Below, piece by piece: positions 49,638 to 58,811 of a stretch of DNA of 64,000 nucleotides. The DNA lies in contig JAJCZQ010000017.1 in assembly GCA_029262335.1 (NCBI GenBank), forward strand, positions 4,033 to 68,032. Direction: 5' to 3'. Origin of the DNA: Deltaproteobacteria bacterium. GTDB lineage: Bacteria > Desulfobacterota_D > UBA1144 > Nemesobacterales > JAJCZQ01. Numbering within the stretch: the first letter of the stretch is position 1; the number at the start of each line of letters is the position of its first letter. The notes beneath the pieces are model-generated. The model was given only the letters and a program-made list of their open reading frames with translations, had not been told where the DNA came from and did not search any database. The translations under genes were made by a program, and so were the position numbers.

Positions 49638-50645
49638 ATGAAAAATATAAAAATAATTTCGGTGTTTTTACTTCTTTTGGCTATTACATTTTTTCCGGCC
49701 CAGTCAAAGGCTGGTACTGCTACCCCGTTTAATGCATCCGGGACTGATAGCTCTGCTTTTGACAGTTTAATCTATTTTTTTGACCTGCGAGACAGAGAAA
49801 CATTTATCCAGCTTACATATTTTGAAGAAGTCATTCAGGGGATTTCTGCAAATATACACATTCAGATATTTGATGTTTCAAACAACTGTAACGAAAATAA
49901 TTTCTTTGATGTCTATACACCCAACGATACGCATGTCTACAATATGAGGGATATCCAGACTAACGACGGTAGCCCTTCAGGAGTAGTGCTTCCGGAAGGG
50001 GCTTACGGGATTGTTACAATTATATTTGAACCGGTTATTAATGCTCAGGTCGGTATTGGTATGATCGGAAACATGAGGGTGCTTGATAATAATGGCTACG
50101 AATACAGAACAAATGCTCAGTATTTTTCCAGGGCGGGCGGACCGGGTAGTGGCTCATCACCCGAGGATTTTTATTCCTTTAACTTTAACCAGGAAGCCGG
50201 TGTAACCTTATCTGATGTAATCGGTATTACATTGTCTTCTACTGATACCGAAAATAGCTTTGAATATCTTGCAGATCCTTTAACAGCATTTAATACTTTC
50301 GATATTGATATAATTGACAACAATGAAGTTCCTTTTTCCTGTAGAGACATAATTTTTGCATGTGTCAACCAGGATAGTGTTCTACTCGAACCACTTCTGG
50401 AATTTGCCGGAACTGCAAGTGTGGCGGATTTTGAATATGGAATTAACAATGTAATCCCTCACAGTAAAGGTGGAGAACTTCTCTGTCCTGGCAATGTGAC
50501 AGGTGAAGGTTTTGTTATCTTAAGGCCTGAACTACAGCCAACTACGGAAAGCTTTCGTAGTTTTTATGGTTTTGTTGGATTAAATAACGGCAATGGCAGA
50601 GGCAGCCTTGATTCCTTTTGGCAGTTTTTTGTTCAGCCTACATAA
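49638..50645 (+). CDS. Secreted protein, novel paralogous family, member 5
   Basis: FFDLRDRETFIQLT, NNCNENNFFD, NDTHVYNMRDIQTNDGSPSGVVLP, GYEYRTN, FSCRDIIFACVNQD, FEYGINNVIPHSKGGELLCPGN, GLNNGNGRGS. AAAGGAG SD. Confidence 0.85.
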   Translation: MKNIKIISVFLLLLAITFFPAQSKAGTATPFNASGTDSSAFDSLIYFFDLRDRETFIQLTYFEEVIQGISANIHIQIFDVSNNCNENNFFDVYTPNDTHVYNMRDIQTNDGSPSGVVLPEGAYGIVTIIFEPVINAQVGIGMIGNMRVLDNNGYEYRTNAQYFSRAGGPGSGSSPEDFYSFNFNQEAGVTLSDVIGITLSSTDTENSFEYLADPLTAFNTFDIDIIDNNEVPFSCRDIIFACVNQDSVLLEPLLEFAGTASVADFEYGINNVIPHSKGGELLCPGNVTGEGFVILRPELQPTTESFRSFYGFVGLNNGNGRGSLDSFWQFFVQPT

Positions 50646-50660
50646 AAAAAGTTATGTTTA

Positions 50661-50697
50661 GGGGCAGGGAGTTAACACTTTCTGCCTTTTTTTTCGC
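50661..50697 (+). terminator. Rho-independent terminator
   Basis: GGCAGGGAGttaacactttCTGCC followed by T8. Confidence 0.6.
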
Positions 50698-50830
50698 CCT
50701 ATGTCATTATGTCATTGCGAGGAGCACCGCGACGTGGCAATCTCCGGTTTATCATCCCCTAGTTTTATTGGGAATCCAGAATCCCTTTACAGCAAATCCC
50801 AATCTGGCAAACGTGATTACCGCCTAGTTA
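50698..50830. repeat. Mosaic short-repeat cluster
   Basis: GTCATTGCGAGGAGCACCGCGACGTGGCAATCTCC, GGGAATCCAGAAT and CGTGATTACCGCCTAGTTA modules shared with 12.2, 51.6 and 53.4 kb. Confidence 0.7.
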
Positions 50831-50950
50831 AGTTTTCCTGAATCAAATTCCTTTAAACAAAGAATTGCATTGTTGTATTACATAAATTATAAAATTAATG
50901 TATAGTAAAATTATGCAGTTGTATAAACTAACATATATGTTAGGATTTTA

Positions 50951-51265
50951 ATGTTTATAATAAAAGAATATCTTGATAATAAAGGTAATAGCCCTTTTCA
51001 GTCATGGTTTAATAAATTAAGTGTCCATGCTGCATCAAAAGTAACTATTGCATTAACCAGGTTGGAAAATGGTAATTTGTCCAATGTTAAATCACTAAAA
51101 GGCGGAGTTTTTGAAATAAAGATTAATTATGGCCCTGGTTTTAGAATTTATTATGGTCTTGAGGGAAGAAAAATAATTATAATGCTTTGTGGCGGGACTA
51201 AAAAAAATCAGCAAAAAGATATAAATAAAGCTAAAGATTTATGGAAGATATATAAAGGATTATAA
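50951..51265 (+). CDS. Addiction-module killer protein (HigB/RelE-like, COG3657 type)
   Basis: FQSWFNKL, GNLSNVKSLKGGVFEIKINYGPGFRIYYGLEG..IIMLCGGTKKNQQKDI. Immediately followed by the cognate antidote gene. Confidence 0.8.
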   Translation: MFIIKEYLDNKGNSPFQSWFNKLSVHAASKVTIALTRLENGNLSNVKSLKGGVFEIKINYGPGFRIYYGLEGRKIIIMLCGGTKKNQQKDINKAKDLWKIYKGL

Positions 51266-51266
51266 A

Positions 51267-51581
51267 ATGCCAACCAGAGATTATAAAGAAACAATTCGTG
51301 AGAGAGTAATTAATGACCCGCCCTTCAAAAAGGTCTTATTAGAAGAAGCACTCGTATGCCTTTTGTCCGGTGATGTTGATACAGGTAAAGCAGTATTAAA
51401 AGATTATATAAAGGCAACAACCGGATTTGAAAATCTTTCAAAGAATATTGATAAAAAGCCAGAAAGTTTAATACGAATGCTGGGGCCAAAAGGTAATCCA
51501 ACAGCAAATAATCTTTTTAAAATTATTTCTCATATTCAAAAGAAGGAAAAGTTGAAATTTAAAGTTAGTGTTAGTGACTAA
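51267..51581 (+). CDS. Addiction-module antidote protein (HTH, COG3636 type)
   Basis: Start 1 nt after the toxin stop. HTH region LSKNIDKKPESLIRMLGPKGNPTANNLFKII. Confidence 0.75.
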   Translation: MPTRDYKETIRERVINDPPFKKVLLEEALVCLLSGDVDTGKAVLKDYIKATTGFENLSKNIDKKPESLIRMLGPKGNPTANNLFKIISHIQKKEKLKFKVSVSD

Positions 51582-51790
51582 CTGTTATCCCGTCAACGTG
51601 ATTATCGCCTAGTATCTCTTCCTCCTTGACGGGGGAAGATTAAGATGGGGGTGAACTGTTCACCTGTCATCTCGAAAGAAGAGAGAAATCTTTCTATTAA
51701 TTCTGATCCGGAATCCAGAATTGTGTTGTTGCGAGAAAAAGAGTTACGCAACACCCTTTTTCTTCATTCTTTTAATTTCGGTTTTATAAT
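51582..51790. repeat. Mosaic short-repeat cluster
   Basis: CAACGTGATTATCGCCTAGTAT, GTCATCTCGAAAGAAGAGAGA and CCGGAATCCAGAAT modules. TTGCGAGAAAAAGAGTTACGCAA hairpin. Confidence 0.6.
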
Positions 51791-51796
51791 TATGGA

Positions 51797-52147
51797 ATGA
51801 CCAAAGAAGAAAATCTTATTACAGTATTAAAACAATACAACGACAACGCCAAGCACCTGGCTTTTTTAAACACAGGAGTACTAGCCTTTTTTATAGCATT
51901 TCTTAACAGAATAGAACTTCCAAAGTTAGCAATTGCATTAATGATAATATTACTTTTATTTTCATTAGTACTTTCTTTAATGGTTGTTGGGAGAACATTA
52001 AGGGATATTGAGTTTTTAATTACTAAACAAAAAATTATTGAAGTGGACTTTAAATTAATAAATAAACTCTGGATGTCAGGTGTCTGGTGTTTTATCGGAG
52101 CAATTTATTCTGTAGGAATAATTACTTTGTTTGATTTATTGGATTGA
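51797..52147 (+). CDS. Small 3-TM membrane protein
   Basis: Three hydrophobic helices. 116 aa. Directly upstream of the HNH gene. Confidence 0.45.
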   Translation: MTKEENLITVLKQYNDNAKHLAFLNTGVLAFFIAFLNRIELPKLAIALMIILLLFSLVLSLMVVGRTLRDIEFLITKQKIIEVDFKLINKLWMSGVWCFIGAIYSVGIITLFDLLD

Positions 52148-52153
52148 AAATGT

Positions 52154-52582
52154 GTGCGTTCCCATTACTTGTTTCCTTTATTTTTTTATCATTCCTTTGA
52201 AAAAAATAGAATTAAAGCAAAAGGTTCTAATTTATTCAAAAGAAATGCCGCCGTGGCGAGAGAAAAGTTAAGATTATCAAACTATAAATGTGCAATTGAT
52301 AAAGATCATATTACTTTACTTTGTTTATCAACTGACAAAAACTATGTTGAAGCACATCATTTAATACCAATGAATAAACAAGATGAATTTCAATACAGTA
52401 TTAATGTAGAAGAAAATATTTTTGCTTTATGTCCTAATTGTCATAGGAAAATTCATTACAGATCAATTGAAGATATTTCAAAAATGTTAATAGATTTGCT
52501 AGATAATAAAACTATTATTGTCCTAAAAAAAAGAGGTATTCCTGTTAGTTTACATAAATTATTAAATTATTATTTCTCATGA
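52154..52582 (+). CDS. HNH endonuclease-domain protein
   Basis: CAIDKDH...HHLIP...N...ALCPNCHRKIH, a canonical HNH motif. GTG start, start position uncertain. Confidence 0.65.
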   Translation: MRSHYLFPLFFYHSFEKNRIKAKGSNLFKRNAAVAREKLRLSNYKCAIDKDHITLLCLSTDKNYVEAHHLIPMNKQDEFQYSINVEENIFALCPNCHRKIHYRSIEDISKMLIDLLDNKTIIVLKKRGIPVSLHKLLNYYFS

Positions 52583-52640
52583 GTCCAAAAATTTACAATA
52601 TTCCTTGAACAATAAACGGGCTGTTCCCAATTAATTTTAA

Positions 52641-53003
52641 CTATCCCTCAACATCTGTAATATCTATAGCAATACCACCAACTGAATTGGGGTGGCCTTC
52701 GACATTCACTGGGAATTTGTGGTCGATGAAGGTTAGTTCTCCTTCAGGGGTTTGGACTTTTAGTTTATATGTAATAGGTTTTCCAGCTTCTTTGACACTT
52801 AGATCCATTTTTCTGAAACCGTCGGCTGCTTCTTTAGAATGGTAGTCATAGTCAGTTTTTCCGATAACTTCTTCCGGTTTTTTACCTGCAACGCTTGCGC
52901 CTCTTTTGTTTACCATTAAAAAACGTCCTTCTTCGTCTTTTAGGTAGATTACAGCTTCTGAGCTGTCGATGAATTTTCTTAGTAGTTCTGCTTCGGTTGA
53001 CAT
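52641..53003 (-). CDS. Stand-alone PAS-domain protein
   Basis: EAVIYLKDEEGRFLMVNKRGASVAGKKPEEVIGKTDYD, typical PAS fold sequence. 120 aa. Confidence 0.6.
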   Translation of the reverse strand: MSTEAELLRKFIDSSEAVIYLKDEEGRFLMVNKRGASVAGKKPEEVIGKTDYDYHSKEAADGFRKMDLSVKEAGKPITYKLKVQTPEGELTFIDHKFPVNVEGHPNSVGGIAIDITDVEG

Positions 53004-53063
53004 GGTGGATCCCCCTTTATTTATTTATATAACAAGATTAACTTCAATCTTGTTTGATATAAA

Positions 53064-53292
53064 GAATAATTACCTTCATTTTCTTTATCTTGATACAAAG
53101 AAAACGAAGCAAAAAAAAGATCAAGGCTAGGCGATTCATTAACTAAAAAAACAAAATAAAATCTAAAGCGTAAAATCCCGCCACATCCCCTTTAACGCTT
53201 CTTTACGATTTTATTTCATTTTTTCTTAACGTTATTCATCGCAGGCCGTTATGAAAAGAAAGATCTCTCACATTTGTTCGAGATGACAAAGG
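53064..53292. repeat. Family-A interspersed structured repeat, copy A4
   Basis: Over 90% identical to the A1/A3 core. Its tail AGATCTCTCACATTTGTTCGAGATGAC is the reverse complement of the A3 tail. Confidence 0.8.
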
Positions 53293-53520
53293 AACTGGAT
53301 TCCGGATCAATCTTCTGTCAGATTGGATCTCTTTCCGAAATAAAAATTTCAATAGAGTTAGTTAGTAGTATTGATTACTTTCCATAGTTCTAGTCGGGAA
53401 TGACAAAGAGGGATTGCCGCGCTTGTAGACCGTAGAACTACTGGGAAACATTACCTAATTATAAAATTGAAATTACTAATTTAACATTTGTCACTGAATG
53501 CTACAGTTAGGCTCGCAATG
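53293..53520. repeat. Mosaic short-repeat cluster
   Basis: TCGGGAATGACAAAGAGGGATTGCCGCG and CTCGCAATGAC modules, the reverse complement of GTCATTGCGAG. Confidence 0.55.
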
Positions 53521-53524
53521 ACAG

Positions 53525-54889
53525 TTAGGAAAATTGGGATTTGGCCTGCTCTAACTTACCTTCAATTAGGGAGCGGATTTCGGAGAGGCGGGCTTCAGAT
53601 TCGGCTTCGAAGCGGAGAACCAACGCGGGTTGGGTGTTGGATGCTCTTATAAGTCCCCAACCGTCCGGGAAGTTTACCCTTACGCCGTCAATATCTATTA
53701 CATCATAGTCTGCTCTAAACATATTGGTGACTGTTTCAACAAGCTGGAATTTTGTAGCTTCATCGCAGTCAACTCTGATCTCAGGAGTGGAGAATGTTTT
53801 TGGTACATCCGAGAGTAACTCTGATACTTTTTTTCCGGATTTGGATATTATTTCCAAAAGCCTTAACGCTGCATAAAAGGCATCGTCGTAACCATAAAAT
53901 CTGTCATTAAAAAACATATGCCCGCTCATTTCACCTGCAAGCTCTGCATTAGTTTCCTTTATCTTACTCTTAATAAGGGAATGTCCTGTCTTCCACATAA
54001 TGGCATTACCACCTGCTTTTTCTACTCCTAAAAATAAGTTAGAAGAGCATTTTACATCACCTATAATAGTGGCTCCGGGTTTATCTTCTAATACACTAAG
54101 AGCATAGATAAGCACAAGCATATCACCCCAGATTATTGTCCCGTTTTCATCTACAACTCCTACCCTGTCGCCGTCACCGTCAAAGGCTATTCCTACTTCA
54201 CATTTATTTTCAATTACAGCTTTTTGCAAATCTACTAAATTCTCTTCTACAGTCGGGTCAGGGTGATGGTTCGGGAAAGTACCGTCAGGCTCTGAATAAA
54301 GCTCTGTTAATGAAAAGCCCATTTCCTTTAGAGTCTGCGGGCCGACAAGCCCTACCATTCCGTTGCCGCAGTCTACTGCTATGTTCATGCCGGGGCGGAT
54401 ATGTACTGCGCCCTTCATATAGTTAACGTATTCTTCTGTTATAGACTGATCTGTTACAGTGCCTTCACCTGTTTCAAAGTCGTCTGCTTCTATCATCTTT
54501 CTAAGGCCCTGAATGCCCTGGCCGAAAATAGAATCTCTGTTTATTGAGAGTTTAAGTCCGTTATAGTCGCCCGGGTTATGGCTTGCGGTCAGCATTACGC
54601 CGCCGTCTACTTCCATATTAAAGAGGGAAAAATAAAGAATTGGAGTTGATACAATTCCGATATTGATAACATTTACTCCGGTCGAGGTAATACCTTTTAT
54701 TAATGACTCAGATAGAGAAGGCGAACTTAATCTGCAGTCTCTTCCAAGTGAGATAGTTCTTCCTTTATCCCGTTTGATAAGAGTCCCGTATGCTTTTCCG
54801 ATCAGCTCTACATGTTCTTCTGTGAGGTCGGTCCCGTAGATGCCCCTGATATCGTATTCCCTGAAAATGTCCGGATTAATCTTTGCCAT
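53525..54889 (-). CDS. Phosphomannomutase/phosphoglucomutase (alpha-D-phosphohexomutase)
   Basis: TASHNP active-site Ser loop, GDGDRVGVVDENG Mg-binding loop, GEMSGH sugar-binding loop. Confidence 0.9.
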   Translation of the reverse strand: MAKINPDIFREYDIRGIYGTDLTEEHVELIGKAYGTLIKRDKGRTISLGRDCRLSSPSLSESLIKGITSTGVNVINIGIVSTPILYFSLFNMEVDGGVMLTASHNPGDYNGLKLSINRDSIFGQGIQGLRKMIEADDFETGEGTVTDQSITEEYVNYMKGAVHIRPGMNIAVDCGNGMVGLVGPQTLKEMGFSLTELYSEPDGTFPNHHPDPTVEENLVDLQKAVIENKCEVGIAFDGDGDRVGVVDENGTIIWGDMLVLIYALSVLEDKPGATIIGDVKCSSNLFLGVEKAGGNAIMWKTGHSLIKSKIKETNAELAGEMSGHMFFNDRFYGYDDAFYAALRLLEIISKSGKKVSELLSDVPKTFSTPEIRVDCDEATKFQLVETVTNMFRADYDVIDIDGVRVNFPDGWGLIRASNTQPALVLRFEAESEARLSEIRSLIEGKLEQAKSQFS

Positions 54890-55000
54890 ATCTCTTCCTT
54901 TATTATTTAATAATTAAAATCGGTTTTAAGTATAATGAACCTCTGATAAATCTAAAGTATTTTATTGACTTTAAGTCCCTACATTTTATCCTTTCTACCC

Positions 55001-56482
55001 ATGATTTTTCCGGCGCTCGATGAATTTAAAACTAAGCTTAAAAACGGCAACCTGGTTCCGGTCTGGGAAGAGATTCTTGCGGACTTTGACACCCCCGTTT
55101 CTGCTTTTAAAAAGATAGAGTCGGGAGACCATTCTTTCCTCTTTGAAAGCGTCGAGGGCGGTGAAAAATGGGCGCAGTATAGCTTCATCGGCTCTGATGT
55201 TTCAGTAGTGTTCAGGTCGAAGGGCGAAAACATAGAGATAATTGAAGACGGTATTCTCACAAAACTTTCCGGCAACCCGATAGACGAGCTCAGAAAGCTG
55301 TTATCGCGTTATAACCCGGTTGAAACGCCAGAGCTTCCGAGATTTCACGGAGGTGCGCTTGGTTATTTCACTTATGACATAGTGCGTTTTGTTGAAAAAC
55401 TGCCCGAAGACACAGAAGATGATCTTAATCTATGGGACTCTTACTATGTGATCACGGATTCGCTGGTAATTTTCGATAATATAAATAATAAAATAAAGAT
55501 TATCGCAAATGCCTATGTACCGGAAGGTGCGGACGCGGAAGCAGAGTATAAAAAAGCCACAGACAAAATTGCCGAGATTAAAAACAGGCTCAAAAGCCCT
55601 CTTGCGGACAATCGCCACTACGATTCAAACGGCAGTGACAGTACCGAAGTGGAACTAAACTCAAATTTTGAAAAAGAGGCATATCAGGAAGCAGTACTTA
55701 AAACAAAGGAATACATTAAAGCAGGCGACATAATACAGGCGGTAATAGCGCAGAGGTGGAACACGGAACTCACCGTAGACACTTTTGACCTTTACAGGTC
55801 GCTCCGGGTACTTAACCCGTCTCCATATATGTTTTATCTGAAACTTGAAGACCAGCTCCTTGTCGGATCATCACCTGAGGTAATGGTAAGGACTGAGGGA
55901 GACCGAGTTGAGAGCAGGCCGATTGCAGGGACAAGGCCGAGGGGAAAGACCGAAGACGAAGACAACGGCCTCGCTGATGAACTGCTTGCCGACCCAAAAG
56001 AATGCGCGGAGCACATAATGCTTGTGGATCTTGCACGAAATGATCTAGGCAGGATAGCTGAAGTCGGATCGGTAGTAGTAGATGAGCTTATGACAATAGA
56101 GCGCTACTCACATGTGATGCATATCGTATCAAATGTGATAGCAAAACTTGCGCCTGATAAGGACGCTTTTGATGTTATAAAGGCTACTTTTCCTGCAGGG
56201 ACTTTATCGGGAGCGCCAAAAGTAAGAGCGATGGAGATTATAGAAGAGACCGAGCCCAACAGAAGAGGGGCTTACGGCGGAGCGGTAGGGTACTTTAGCT
56301 ATTCCGGTAATTCCGACACTTGCATTACCATAAGGACTTTTGTTATAAAGAACAATAAGATATATATTCAGGCAGGGGCAGGTATTGTTGCTGATTCAGA
56401 TCCCGAGACTGAGTATTTTGAAACGGTAAATAAGGTAAAGGCGCTCGTAAAGGCAGTTGAGCTTGCCAAGGGCGGATTATAA
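55001..56482 (+). CDS. Anthranilate synthase / aminodeoxychorismate synthase component I
   Basis: Chorismate-binding C-terminal domain (LVDLARNDLGRI, GAYGGAVGYFS, AGAGIVADSDPE). ATG 55001 chosen. A TrpG/PabA-like gene follows. Confidence 0.85.
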   Translation: MIFPALDEFKTKLKNGNLVPVWEEILADFDTPVSAFKKIESGDHSFLFESVEGGEKWAQYSFIGSDVSVVFRSKGENIEIIEDGILTKLSGNPIDELRKLLSRYNPVETPELPRFHGGALGYFTYDIVRFVEKLPEDTEDDLNLWDSYYVITDSLVIFDNINNKIKIIANAYVPEGADAEAEYKKATDKIAEIKNRLKSPLADNRHYDSNGSDSTEVELNSNFEKEAYQEAVLKTKEYIKAGDIIQAVIAQRWNTELTVDTFDLYRSLRVLNPSPYMFYLKLEDQLLVGSSPEVMVRTEGDRVESRPIAGTRPRGKTEDEDNGLADELLADPKECAEHIMLVDLARNDLGRIAEVGSVVVDELMTIERYSHVMHIVSNVIAKLAPDKDAFDVIKATFPAGTLSGAPKVRAMEIIEETEPNRRGAYGGAVGYFSYSGNSDTCITIRTFVIKNNKIYIQAGAGIVADSDPETEYFETVNKVKALVKAVELAKGGL

Positions 56483-56485
56483 TCA

Positions 56486-57061
56486 ATGATACTGATGATC
56501 GACAACTACGATTCGTTTACTTACAACCTTGTTCACTACTTAGGTGAGCTCGGGGAAAAAGTAACCACGATCAGAAACGACGATATTACTCTTGATGAGA
56601 TAAACAGCCTCGACCCTGAGATAATAGTCATATCTCCCGGTCCCTGTACTCCCAAAGATGCCGGGCTTTCAATCGAAATTATAAAGGAATATGCAGGTAA
56701 AAAGCCAATACTAGGCGTTTGCCTTGGCCATCAGTCGATAGCCGATGCCTACGGAGCTGATATAATAAGGGCCGAAAGACTTCTTCACGGCAAGACCTCC
56801 GAGATATTTCATAACAACACCGGGATATTTGAGGGCATTCCAAACCCTTTTGAAGCAACACGTTATCATTCATTAATAATAGACAAAGAAACGCTTTCCG
56901 ATGATTTTGAAATCACAGCATGGACAAAGGAAGACGAGATAATGGGGATCCGTCATAAGAAGTTACTTATTGAGGGTGTGCAGTTTCACCCCGAATCCGT
57001 GCTAACCACATACGGAAAGGATATACTTAACAACTTTTTAAAGCTGGCCAAAGCCGCTTAA
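56486..57061 (+). CDS. Glutamine amidotransferase, anthranilate/aminodeoxychorismate synthase component II
   Basis: ILGVCLGHQ catalytic Cys, HPES His motif. 191 aa. Confidence 0.9.
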   Translation: MILMIDNYDSFTYNLVHYLGELGEKVTTIRNDDITLDEINSLDPEIIVISPGPCTPKDAGLSIEIIKEYAGKKPILGVCLGHQSIADAYGADIIRAERLLHGKTSEIFHNNTGIFEGIPNPFEATRYHSLIIDKETLSDDFEITAWTKEDEIMGIRHKKLLIEGVQFHPESVLTTYGKDILNNFLKLAKAA

Positions 57062-57085
57062 ATTATATTAATAGAGGATGGAGAA

Positions 57086-58810
57086 ATGAAATTACTGTTC
57101 AGACCAAGAGACCCTGAATTCATAGGAAAGGGTTCACTACCCTTCGGTACATTTGACGACACAGAGCAGTGGGAGCCTATATATAAATGCCTTGAAAAAG
57201 GTGCAGTAGAGTTTCCAAAGAAAAAACTTTTCAGCGTTGCGGACCGCGACGGAAATATTAATGAAAGCTATACATGGGGTGAGTCCAACGCATGGGCCAA
57301 CAGGATCGCCCACGGCCTGATTGCAGAATGCGGAGTAAAAAAAGGAAACACAGTCGGCATATATATGCTTAACTCCTCGGAGTTTGTTGTTTCCATACTG
57401 GCTATTCACAAGGTGGGCGGAGTGCAGGTCCCGGTCAATAAAGACGAGATGGGTGAAAGGCTTGCCTATATTTTGAACTACTCTGACCAGGAAGTGCTTA
57501 TTTCAGACGGCGAGAGTTTTAAACTGCTGGAAGATATAAAAGACGACCTTGAGAACCTAAAATATATATTCGTAGCAAAATCAGAGGGCAACCTTCCTGA
57601 AAAACTTGGAAACATTGAAGTGCGCTCTTTTGATTACTTTGATAAGTTTGATTCCTCTGACCCAAATGTGCCGGTTGCTGCGGCAGATGCGGAAAGATGT
57701 ATGTTTACCTCGGGAACTACCGGTATGCCAAAAGGTGTGTCTCGTAATCACGGAGGGGTGGTTTTAACCGTCCGCGGGTATATCCAGATGCACGGAATAA
57801 GAAATCATGACGTATTAATGTCTGTTTTATCGCTCTCTCATGCCAATGCCCAGGTTATGTGCCTTTTTGCTTCAATAGGCTCAGGGGCAGAATGCGTGTT
57901 TTATCCGAGGTTTTCTGCTTCTAATTTCTGGAAGTGGTGTACCGAGTCGGGGGCCACTACAACCAATATGCTGGGCTCGGTATCAGAATATGTATGGGCG
58001 GCTCCGGAAAGCGAATATGACCAGAAACATAATATAAGGACAATACTTGCTGGCCCTGCACCAAAGAACAAACCGGAATTTGAAAAAAGATTTAAAACAA
58101 GGGTTCTTGATGGTTACGGATCAACGGAGATGGGTATGGTTTTCTGGCAGTACCCAGAAGATTTCAGGCCCGCATCATCCGGATTTGTATGTGAAGGCTA
58201 TGTTGTAGAGATAAGAGACCCGGAAGATACAGACAAATTAGTTACCGCCGCATGGAACAGGGACTTAGACGAAGTGCCTCCCGAAGAGACAAAGGGGCTG
58301 CTTTTTATAAAGCCGCTTATACCAAACACAACTCTGAATGAATACTTCAAAGACGAAAAACGTACGGCCGAGGCTTTTGATTCCGAAGGGTTCTTTAACT
58401 CCGACGACCTCTTTATAAGAGGAATAGACGACAGGTACTACTTCCAGGGGCGCTACAGCCGTATCCGCGTATCAGGCGAGAACGTAGACCCGAACGCTGT
58501 TGCCAACTACTCTGCACAGTACCCGCAGATCCAGGACGCAGTGGCTGTCGGAATAAGGCTTCCTAATATCTCAGACGATGAGATTAAACTCAACATCACA
58601 CTTAAAGACGGCGGGGAGTTTGACCATATTGAGTTTTGCAAATGGATGGCTGAGAAAGTGCCCGTTTATATGATCCCGAGATTTATAGAGATGTATGAGG
58701 AGTTTCCATTAACGTCTACAGAAAAGTTCAATGTGGGTCTTATGAAAGAGCTGAACGACAACACTTGGGACCGGAACGAATCGGGTATTAAATTTAAAAC
58801 AAGAAAGTAA
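57086..58810 (+). CDS. AMP-dependent synthetase/ligase (acyl-CoA synthetase-like)
   Basis: MFTSGTTGMPKGV AMP-binding motif. DGYGSTE motif. Confidence 0.85.
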   Translation: MKLLFRPRDPEFIGKGSLPFGTFDDTEQWEPIYKCLEKGAVEFPKKKLFSVADRDGNINESYTWGESNAWANRIAHGLIAECGVKKGNTVGIYMLNSSEFVVSILAIHKVGGVQVPVNKDEMGERLAYILNYSDQEVLISDGESFKLLEDIKDDLENLKYIFVAKSEGNLPEKLGNIEVRSFDYFDKFDSSDPNVPVAAADAERCMFTSGTTGMPKGVSRNHGGVVLTVRGYIQMHGIRNHDVLMSVLSLSHANAQVMCLFASIGSGAECVFYPRFSASNFWKWCTESGATTTNMLGSVSEYVWAAPESEYDQKHNIRTILAGPAPKNKPEFEKRFKTRVLDGYGSTEMGMVFWQYPEDFRPASSGFVCEGYVVEIRDPEDTDKLVTAAWNRDLDEVPPEETKGLLFIKPLIPNTTLNEYFKDEKRTAEAFDSEGFFNSDDLFIRGIDDRYYFQGRYSRIRVSGENVDPNAVANYSAQYPQIQDAVAVGIRLPNISDDEIKLNITLKDGGEFDHIEFCKWMAEKVPVYMIPRFIEMYEEFPLTSTEKFNVGLMKELNDNTWDRNESGIKFKTRK

Positions 58811-58811
58811 T

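Noticed and set aside
50618-50827. 69-aa ORF translating the GTCATTGCGAGGAG...GGCAATC repeat (..VIARSTATWQSP..).
   Set aside because: It lies entirely within the mosaic repeat cluster and has no SD. The same repeat occurs in both orientations elsewhere, so this is an artefact of repeat sequence.
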